This document shows, piece after piece, positions 45,315 through 52,626 of a stretch of DNA of 64,000 nucleotides; the stretch's first letter is position 1; the number at the start of each line of letters is the position of its first letter. The notes below the pieces were generated by a model. The model worked only from the letters and a program-made list of their open reading frames with translations, made no database searches and was not told the origin of the DNA. The stretch is from the IMG/VR virus record IMGVR_UViG_3300032007_000002, one strand, 5' to 3'. A program made the translations under genes and the position numbers. This stretch comes from a virus. Lineage: Duplodnaviria > Heunggongvirae > Uroviricota > Caudoviricetes.

Positions 45315-46294
45315 TCCTTGGCCTCTTTCTTGACGAGCTGGCTATCAATAGTCGGCTCGTTTCTTTTTATTGTGCTGGCCAAGTAGGCGAACGCCGTGGC
45401 AAGCGTATTCTTTACGTAGTTGAACAGCGCGATGTAGTCGGCATCGCAGAACTTGTCCAACGCGACGCCGACAATCGCGTCCTCGTTCTCCCCATTCTTG
45501 TCGCAGGGGACGACAGCAAACCCGCTCGCGCTCACAATCACCGGAGAGGCGAGGGACCTGCGCCTGGCCAGCGCAAGACGGATTGCCGGAATGAACGCGA
45601 CCCCGTCGTCGTTGATTACGAAGAACTCGCCGAGGGTGTCTTCCAGGTGGGTGTATATGCGCTTGGCATTCCATTTCCCGGTATGGACCTCGATGAACTC
45701 GTGCAGCTGGGAAATCACCCTGTCCACGTCGGCATCGGTAATCTCCGACCACTCCCTGTGCTTGTTCTCGCCGTATGAAAGGCGGAACAGGTGGTCACCG
45801 CCACCCTTCCCGACAATGTCGGTGAACATGCCTTTGTGCCCGGCAATGTCAAGCGTCCAGGACCTTGTGCACATGTCGCTCGCTGCGCCCGGACCGATAT
45901 AACGGATGGTCGTCATGTTGAACTCGAACAGGCCGTCGAAATCGCCCTTCTTCGGATCCCCGAACTCGTTGACCATCCGCGCGGCGAACGTGTCGAGTTC
46001 CCACTTCGGCAGTATTTCCGCACAGTCGGAATAGAACGCCTGCTTCCCGTTCTCGGTCTTGACCACTACGGGCATGGCAAGCGCCGGGACGAGTGCACAG
46101 ACCTGTGCCACCTTGACATCGGTCTTTTCGTCATCGTTCGGCCCGTTCCCTACCAGCATGCCATGAGGGGTAAAATTTTCGCCATCCCGCTTGATGTCCA
46201 CCGGCAATAGGCGCATGCCGTTCCGTTCGAACGGGGTGCGGTCGTCATGACAGAACCGGTAGTATTCGCGTTGAAATGCCTGAAGTGTTTTCAT
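45311..46294 (-). CDS. hypothetical protein
   Basis: Start MKTLQAF after GGAGG; variant motif TTGTATATTTGG at 46309-46326. Confidence 0.5.
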   Translation of the reverse strand: MKTLQAFQREYYRFCHDDRTPFERNGMRLLPVDIKRDGENFTPHGMLVGNGPNDDEKTDVKVAQVCALVPALAMPVVVKTENGKQAFYSDCAEILPKWELDTFAARMVNEFGDPKKGDFDGLFEFNMTTIRYIGPGAASDMCTRSWTLDIAGHKGMFTDIVGKGGGDHLFRLSYGENKHREWSEITDADVDRVISQLHEFIEVHTGKWNAKRIYTHLEDTLGEFFVINDDGVAFIPAIRLALARRRSLASPVIVSASGFAVVPCDKNGENEDAIVGVALDKFCDADYIALFNYVKNTLATAFAYLASTIKRNEPTIDSQLVKKEAKD

Positions 46295-46767
46295 ATATGC
46301 CTCCGTCTCCAAATATACAATTTTGCTGCCGGATAACCTAGTTTCAACGCATGAGCAAACACATCAAACGCAGATCCTTACGTGCACGGCTCGTCGATAC
46401 ATTCATCCGACCGTTCATCCCCGAAATCGTCATCCCAGACCTTTCCAGCTCCGTAGTCGAATACGGCTACAAGGGCGCCTACTTCCAGTTGCGGTATATC
46501 AACAGGAAGAAAAGACGCTGATCGCTTGGGATGGCGCCGGTATTTTTGTATATTTATTGGCACAACCGTTTCTAGAGCGGGTCGAAACATCCCACCGAAC
46601 CTAAGACGGCAGGCATTAGCTCCTCCCCTGGTAGCGAAATCGCCTGCGCAGTCGGACGTGCAGACTGTACGTCACGTAGTGGCCGGATCGTCAGTCGGAC
46701 GAGTTGGCAGCCTCGGGATGATCAAAACCGGTAACGGAAAACTGCCACCCATTTACACGGAGACACC

Positions 46768-47145
46768 ATGAACGACGCAGAAAGACTTGCAGAACTTGCC
46801 AATCTCCCGGCAATCGAACGCGTTTACAAGAAGCACATCGAAGAATTTGAACACCTGACGATTGCCACCGGCTTCCGCGGCTGCCCCGTCGACATCATGA
46901 AGAAGAACTTCTTCGAGATGCAGTTCGCCGGCGCCGGCCAGAAGGTGGACGACATCCGCGTGAACGAGATGTACCAGATGCAGCATGACCTCATCCAGAA
47001 GTTCAAGGACAACGGGTTCAAGGTCACGGAAGAGAAACCGTCCAACATCATCACCCTCGACAATGCGGCAACCGACCCGCGCGAACAACAGAAGAAGGAG
47101 TTCGAGAAACGCTTCCTCGAAACCAAGTTCATTGTCGAGTGGTAA
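46768..47145 (+). CDS. hypothetical protein
   Basis: ORF track; ACGGAGACACC-ATG. Confidence 0.5.
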   Translation: MNDAERLAELANLPAIERVYKKHIEEFEHLTIATGFRGCPVDIMKKNFFEMQFAGAGQKVDDIRVNEMYQMQHDLIQKFKDNGFKVTEEKPSNIITLDNAATDPREQQKKEFEKRFLETKFIVEW

Positions 47146-47175
47146 CCAGATAAAGACATTCCGGGTGCCGGAACG

Positions 47176-47212
47176 AAAACGCCGCAGTTTCCTGCGGCGT
47201 CTTTTGTTTTAT
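47176..47212. terminator. bidirectional rho-independent terminator
   Basis: aaaacgccgcagtttcctgcggcgtcttttgttttatttg between convergent genes. Confidence 0.65.
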
Positions 47213-48495
47213 TTGTAGAGGTGCGGGATCATGACATCGTTGCGTATTGTGACGCCAGGTCTAATGATGTCCCCGTAGTCAATGAACGCCGGATCAATAT
47301 CGTCCCCGCCCAGGGTTTCCATGCCGAATTGCAACGAGACTGCACGTACATTATAGCCCTCAGCGCGGCTTCTCCCGCAGGAATGGCATTCATCGCAGTC
47401 GCAAATCACCACATGGAACAACCACTGGCGACGATCGGCAAAGACGCTCTTGATCGCCATGTCCCCGCTGGCCCCGTAGATTATCGCACGTTCCTCATCG
47501 GTGAACTTGGCATACACCGTGCAGGCAATCGAGGGCGCTTCGCAGCTGAGCGGGAGACCGCCCAATCCGTGCTTCTCCACGAACTCGGTAACCATGGCCT
47601 TGTCCCACTTGATGAGCGGGAACGTATAGGACGGCTTGCGGGCAACCTGGGTCTCGAACTCCGGCGCATGGTTTCCGTACAGGTGGCTGAGCGCAAACGC
47701 GCCGTCATAGAGTTTCCGCATGTCCTCGATAAACGTCTCGGACTGGTCCCCCTTGACAATCCCCATCTGCACCTCGTCCAGCAGGGACGTGATTTGCGGG
47801 TTGATGTAGGCAAGGCTGAACGTATTGACCGGCTGCTGGATGAAACCCTCGAACTTGCCGCCATAGTTACACGCCCCGGCAGGGAAATTGATGCCGCGAT
47901 ACATAGGCATCAGGATGCCCGGACCCTTGTAGGTCTTCGATATTGCGGCAAGCATCGTATATGCGAGTATCGGGGCAACTTTAAACTCGGCGTTGAGCCA
48001 GTTGTAAATCGGGAATACGACCTTACCCTCGTCCAGGTTCTTGAGAACGAGCGCCGTGCTGTCCATGCCTCCGGTAAACAGGACGCCTACCGCATTGGTC
48101 GGCTGTCCGTGTTCCCATTCGGGATTGAGCGTCCTGATTGCCGATGTCAGGCGGTCCGGGTAGCCATCCATCCTGGAAAACGCATTCTTGACCATGTCCT
48201 CGACCACATCCACTTGCGGGTAGCTTGTGCTCCAAAAATTGTAGGTATCTTTCTGCATGTGGCTAATCATGGTGAACCCGAGCGCATCCATGACTTCCTG
48301 CTTGCGCTCGCGGTAGAGAATGGGTACCCGGCGGTCAAACACCTTGGTGTCGATGTCTAGTCCCTGCATGCGGATGCCGAACCGCTCCCTGAACGGGAAC
48401 CTGGCAACCCATTCATTCGCAATCTTTTCTGCACGAACGGGAAACCCGACGGAATTATTCGGTTCCATCAGTTCCATGTCAGCTTTACTGCTCAT
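47209..48495 (-). CDS. PP-loop ATP pyrophosphatase superfamily protein, QueC-like, with C-terminal zinc-binding cysteine cluster
   Basis: VGVLFTGGMDSTALVL (SGG.DST PP-loop) and CDCDECHSC; start MSSKAD after GGAGGAAGCCG; co-transcribed downstream of the beta-class methyltransferase. Confidence 0.5.
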   Translation of the reverse strand: MSSKADMELMEPNNSVGFPVRAEKIANEWVARFPFRERFGIRMQGLDIDTKVFDRRVPILYRERKQEVMDALGFTMISHMQKDTYNFWSTSYPQVDVVEDMVKNAFSRMDGYPDRLTSAIRTLNPEWEHGQPTNAVGVLFTGGMDSTALVLKNLDEGKVVFPIYNWLNAEFKVAPILAYTMLAAISKTYKGPGILMPMYRGINFPAGACNYGGKFEGFIQQPVNTFSLAYINPQITSLLDEVQMGIVKGDQSETFIEDMRKLYDGAFALSHLYGNHAPEFETQVARKPSYTFPLIKWDKAMVTEFVEKHGLGGLPLSCEAPSIACTVYAKFTDEERAIIYGASGDMAIKSVFADRRQWLFHVVICDCDECHSCGRSRAEGYNVRAVSLQFGMETLGGDDIDPAFIDYGDIIRPGVTIRNDVMIPHLYK

Positions 48496-49291
48496 CGGCT
48501 TCCTCCCGGAAGATAGTCTTGAGACTGCCATGGAAGTCGCCCTTGTTCATCTCGGCGGCCAGCTTGACGATGCGCGTCCCGGCAATCTCGAAGTATTCCT
48601 TGTCGATTTCCATGCCGATGAACCTGCGGCCTTCCTTCAACGCAGCAAGGCCGGTGCTGCCGCATCCCATGCAGTTATCGAGGACGACATCGCCTGGTTC
48701 CGTGTAGGAACGGATAAGCCAGGAAAGAAGTTCCACGGGCTTTTCCGTGCGGTGTTCGGACTTGGACGGGTGCGGTTTCGGAATGTCGATGATTGACACC
48801 GGGTATTTCTGGGTGCTGCCCTTGCGGACGTCGTCCGTGGCCTTGAACTTGCCGTAGTTGTTGTTCACCATGTCCTTGGACATGTAGGACTTGCCGCGGC
48901 CGTGGAGGGGCTTCCCTTCGTGGAACTGCGGGTTGAACTTCGGCATGGACTTGTAGAACACGGCAAGCTGCTCGTGGGAACGGAGAGGCATGCGCTTGGC
49001 GTTCAGGAACCCGGTGACGAGCTTCTTGTTCCAGACCAGGTCGTATCGGAACAGCTTGCGCCTAGACTGAACCAGGTCAACGTAGAACAGGCCCTGGGCG
49101 AACAGGACGATGGCCCCGTCATCCTTGATGACACGCTCATACTGTTCCCATAGGGGTTCGAACGGGATGCGCTTGTCGTGCGGGTTGTGCGTGACGCCGT
49201 AAGGGAGGTCGCACAGGATCATATCGACCGACTTGGGGGCGAGCTTCTTCATCTCCTCCAGACAGTCTCCGAAAAACAGCGAATAGGACAT
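48485..49291 (-). CDS. beta-class N6-adenine/N4-cytosine DNA methyltransferase (CcrM/HinfI-like motif order IV then I)
   Basis: ILCDLPYG (DPPY-type motif IV) near the N-terminus and VVLDNCMGCGSTGLAA (motif I) near the C-terminus. Confidence 0.8.
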   Translation of the reverse strand: MSYSLFFGDCLEEMKKLAPKSVDMILCDLPYGVTHNPHDKRIPFEPLWEQYERVIKDDGAIVLFAQGLFYVDLVQSRRKLFRYDLVWNKKLVTGFLNAKRMPLRSHEQLAVFYKSMPKFNPQFHEGKPLHGRGKSYMSKDMVNNNYGKFKATDDVRKGSTQKYPVSIIDIPKPHPSKSEHRTEKPVELLSWLIRSYTEPGDVVLDNCMGCGSTGLAALKEGRRFIGMEIDKEYFEIAGTRIVKLAAEMNKGDFHGSLKTIFREEADEQ

Positions 49292-49298
49292 CTTAAAA

Positions 49299-49340
49299 TT
49301 CCAAAAGAAAGCCGCGGGACGGAATTGCCCCGCGGCCGGG
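49299..49340 (-). terminator. rho-independent terminator after the flotillin-like gene
   Basis: Minus strand: gccgcggggcaattccgtcccgcggc followed by tttcttttggaatttt. Confidence 0.55.
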
Positions 49341-49355
49341 TTTCTTGGTTAGTTG

Positions 49356-51110
49356 TTACCAGTTGTTCTTGGTCGAGGCGTCTTTCTTGGGCTGCTGGAC
49401 TGCATCGAGCACAGCGCCGGCGAGCTGCTTGACGTTTTCCTGGGAGAGCGCCTGCTGGCCCTGGTCCTGCTGGGCCTGCTGCATGCCCTTGCCAATCATC
49501 TTGCCGGCAAGAGCACCGCCGAGAAGGCTGTTGACCGCATTGGGGAGGCTGAACCCGAGCGAATCCGTAAGGCCGTCCGAGACCTGCTTGATGGTCTTGG
49601 TGACGCTTTCGGTGAGCTTTGCCGGACCGCCGTCGTAGATGGTGATGTTGCCAATCTTTTCCATCGGCTTTGCGGCTGCAGCGGTCATTGCCGGGAGCTG
49701 TTCGAAGAACTTTTCCGTGGCCTTGATGCGCATTTCGGTAATCGGGGCTTCGCCATACTTGTTCATGGCGTCGGCCTTCTTGTCGATTGCTTCCGCTTCC
49801 GCAAGACCCTTGGCCTTGATGGCGTCAGCTTCTGCGAGACCGGTTGCCTTGATTGCGGATGCTTCGTTGTTTGCCTTGTGGAGGTTTGCGTCCGCGATTG
49901 CGGTGATGCCCTTTGCCTTCTGTTCCTGGTCGTAGAGGTCACCTTCGGCGGACTTCTGGCGCTGGACGAGACCTGCGTCTGCGTCCTTGGAGCGGCGATA
50001 AAGGTCGGCTTCGGCGTCCGTCTTTGCCTTGTAAAGTTCGGCATCGGCGTCCTTCTGGGCCTTGTAATAGGCAGCGTCGGAATCGTGGATCTGTGCCTTG
50101 TAGTTGGCTTCTGCCTTCTTTTCGATTTCGGCCTGGAGTTCGCGTTCGCGGACAGACACCTTGCGTTCGCTGAGCTCGATATTCTTTTCTTCCGCCGCGA
50201 TGTTCGCTTCCGCGTCGGCGATGTTGATGAGCTTCTGCTGCTGTTTCAGCTTGATTTCGTAAGCGGTGTCTGCATCGGCCTTCTTGGTCTGTTCAATCTG
50301 GGCGAGTTCGTGCTTCTTGACTTCGAGGTCATTCTGGCGCTTGGCAATGGCAAGACCGTTTTCGACTTCGACATCGTTTGCACGCTTGTCGGCTTCGGCC
50401 TTTGCGATACGGATGTCCGCATCAGCAGCTGCCCTTGCGTTGGCTGCTGTCTTAAGAATGGCCGTGGCGCGTTCCGTACCGAGTTCCTTGATCATGCTGT
50501 GCTTGACACCTTCGCCGTCGATATATTCGTCGTCGAACTTCTGAATGTTGAAGGTATCGAGACGGATGCCGAGCTTTTGGAGGTCCTTGGTTGCACTTGC
50601 GTTCACGAGGCGGGTGATTTCATCGCGCTTGCTGACGAGGTCTTCAATCTTGATCTGGCCGATAACTTCACGCAACGAACCGTCCAAGATATTGTCAATC
50701 ATGCTCGCAATGCTGCTATTGACCTTCCTGGACGAAAATTCGGACTTGTCACTAATCTTGCTCGTATCGCCGGATTCCATGTTAAGGAAGTTCTGTGCGG
50801 CGATTGCAATATGTTCCGCAGTCGCATCAACCTTTGCCGTAGCAACCGCATCAACCTTGACAAACATGCAGTCGATGGTCGGGACCGGATCGGTCTTGTT
50901 GATGAGGATGGTCATGATCTTCAAGTCAACGATGTCAAGTCGTTCGATGAACGGGATGCGGAAGCCGGCGCGGCCCACGAGGACCTTCGGCTTTTCACGC
51001 CAGCCGGAAATGATAAATGCCTTGTCAGGCGGTGCCTTGACGTAGCCGACCATGAAAATGATTGCCAGGATTACTGCTCCGGCAATGATACAGATGAGTG
51101 GAATAGACAT
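49356..51110 (-). CDS. SPFH/band-7 flotillin-like protein (YqiK/FloT type) with long Ala/Glu/Lys-rich coiled-coil
   Basis: N-terminal transmembrane helix, SPFH core (AFIISGW..KVLVGRAGFRIPFIERLDIVDLKIMTILI), then ~250 aa of AEA/KA repeats; AAGAGGA SD. Confidence 0.75.
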   Translation of the reverse strand: MSIPLICIIAGAVILAIIFMVGYVKAPPDKAFIISGWREKPKVLVGRAGFRIPFIERLDIVDLKIMTILINKTDPVPTIDCMFVKVDAVATAKVDATAEHIAIAAQNFLNMESGDTSKISDKSEFSSRKVNSSIASMIDNILDGSLREVIGQIKIEDLVSKRDEITRLVNASATKDLQKLGIRLDTFNIQKFDDEYIDGEGVKHSMIKELGTERATAILKTAANARAAADADIRIAKAEADKRANDVEVENGLAIAKRQNDLEVKKHELAQIEQTKKADADTAYEIKLKQQQKLINIADAEANIAAEEKNIELSERKVSVRERELQAEIEKKAEANYKAQIHDSDAAYYKAQKDADAELYKAKTDAEADLYRRSKDADAGLVQRQKSAEGDLYDQEQKAKGITAIADANLHKANNEASAIKATGLAEADAIKAKGLAEAEAIDKKADAMNKYGEAPITEMRIKATEKFFEQLPAMTAAAAKPMEKIGNITIYDGGPAKLTESVTKTIKQVSDGLTDSLGFSLPNAVNSLLGGALAGKMIGKGMQQAQQDQGQQALSQENVKQLAGAVLDAVQQPKKDASTKNNW

Positions 51111-51349
51111 TGATTGTCCTCTTTTGTTGAAGTGTCTAGCTCGCCGACAGCAACCACGGAAAGTTCGTCACGGGCCATCCCCTTGCGTTTCATGATACGG
51201 TCGACGAGAAGGTCCGCGTCGCCCCGTGTCCGCGAAGACGCGGTATGCCCCATGTAAAACTTGCCGAACGTGCACGTGCCGCTATCCACCAGGTATAGCC
51301 CGTCCGAGTTACGCTTGACGAGATAGAATAACACTTTGTCAGCTCGCAT
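51071..51349 (-). CDS. hypothetical protein
   Basis: ORF track; motif abuts the ATG at 51349; overlaps the flotillin start by ~40 nt. Confidence 0.35.
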   Translation of the reverse strand: MRADKVLFYLVKRNSDGLYLVDSGTCTFGKFYMGHTASSRTRGDADLLVDRIMKRKGMARDELSVVAVGELDTSTKEDNQCLFHSSVSLPEQ

Positions 51350-51352
51350 GCG

Positions 51353-51405
51353 TGAAATATAGCAAAATTCAAGATAGGAAAACTGGCCCGAAATTGCTAT
51401 ATTTT
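51353..51405. promoter_or_regulatory. divergent pair of promoter-like motifs
   Basis: tgaaatatagcaaaa (minus) and aattgctatattttg then AGGAGA-ATG 51423 (plus). Confidence 0.55.
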
Positions 51406-51422
51406 GTGTAGGAGATACACAA

Positions 51423-52118
51423 ATGCAGACAAACGCCCGGGAAGCCTATTTAAGCTCGTTAAAAGAAGAATATTCCGTCGCAATCGCCAGGACGCGGGAC
51501 AGCATAGTCCAGCTGTCCGGCAACGACGCGGCAAAGACCACCAAGCTGTTCCTCGAATCCAGACTGGGACGACTGGAACGCAGGCACAAGGAACTCGGTA
51601 TGGAGGTTTCCTCGACGGCAAACCAGGAAATCAAGACCGCCGAACCGAAAGTTACCCCATACGAGACCGATTTAGACGCAATCCGGGATGCCGTATATGG
51701 CATGACCGGTAAACTGGTCCCGTATTCAATGATGCCGAAATACTGGAAAGAGCTGACCACCCGGTGCGCAGCAATCAACATGCTATCAGGCGAATATGCC
51801 ACACCGGACACGCTCGGCAAGCTGAAAAAGATGCAGCAAGACCTCGACGACCTGGTGAACGACATCAAGAACGAGGCGTCGGTAAACCCGTATGGGTACA
51901 ATGCAGCATTTTGTGGGGTTTCGCTGGAACCGGGCCTATCATTCGAAAACAAACCGCAAACTAGCCGACTCAAGCACAACAAAAAACGTCGCAGGGGGAT
52001 GTCCTACGACGAGAGGAAGGCTGCGTTCGATGCAGGTGTCAAAGTGTCGGTCCAGGACAACTCCCCGTTATGGGACGTCCCGGGCGGCCTCAGTATCAGG
52101 CCGGAATCGAACTGGTAG
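51423..52118 (+). CDS. hypothetical protein
   Basis: ORF track. Confidence 0.5.
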   Translation: MQTNAREAYLSSLKEEYSVAIARTRDSIVQLSGNDAAKTTKLFLESRLGRLERRHKELGMEVSSTANQEIKTAEPKVTPYETDLDAIRDAVYGMTGKLVPYSMMPKYWKELTTRCAAINMLSGEYATPDTLGKLKKMQQDLDDLVNDIKNEASVNPYGYNAAFCGVSLEPGLSFENKPQTSRLKHNKKRRRGMSYDERKAAFDAGVKVSVQDNSPLWDVPGGLSIRPESNW

Positions 52119-52623
52119 TGTCTTCCACAAAGCGGCCATCCTTCTTGCGGAGGATGCGCTGGTTGGAACTGCCGCGGAACCTCAATGCGAGGTCCCGTTT
52201 TTGTTTGATGAACGGGCCGTCAACGAGCACGTCGGCCAGTTTCAGGATTTCCCCCGTAACGCCCCGCACATGCTTCCGGCCACCCGGATATAGGTCGCGC
52301 TCCATCACGTAGCCGGTATAGAGCCAGATGTTCTTCTCCGGGAGTTCCGCCCTGAACTTCCTGAGAAGTTCGAGCACGGCCGGCTGGTTCTCCTCCTCCA
52401 TCGGTTCACCGCCGAGGACTGTAATGCCCGCTATATAGGGCTTCCGGCATGCCTCGATAATCTCGTTAGCCTCAATTTCGGTGAACTCCTTGCCGTATGA
52501 GAAGTCCCATGTAGCCTCGTTGAAACAGCCCGGACAGTGGTTGCGGCACCCGGACACGAAGAGCGTCACGCGGCAGCCGTCGCCGTCCACGATGGACATG
52601 AAGTCAATCTTTCCGTAATTCAT
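52096..52623 (-). CDS. nrdG: anaerobic ribonucleoside-triphosphate reductase activating protein
   Basis: GCRVTLFVSGCRNHCPGCFN (radical SAM CxxxCxxC of NrdG type), ~175 aa, downstream of nrdD. Confidence 0.8.
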   Translation of the reverse strand: MNYGKIDFMSIVDGDGCRVTLFVSGCRNHCPGCFNEATWDFSYGKEFTEIEANEIIEACRKPYIAGITVLGGEPMEEENQPAVLELLRKFRAELPEKNIWLYTGYVMERDLYPGGRKHVRGVTGEILKLADVLVDGPFIKQKRDLALRFRGSSNQRILRKKDGRFVEDTTSSIPA

Positions 52624-52626
52624 ACA

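Noticed and set aside
49353-51113. 586-aa plus-strand ORF
   Set aside because: Antisense to the flotillin-like gene; low complexity mirrors the coiled-coil repeats on the opposite strand.
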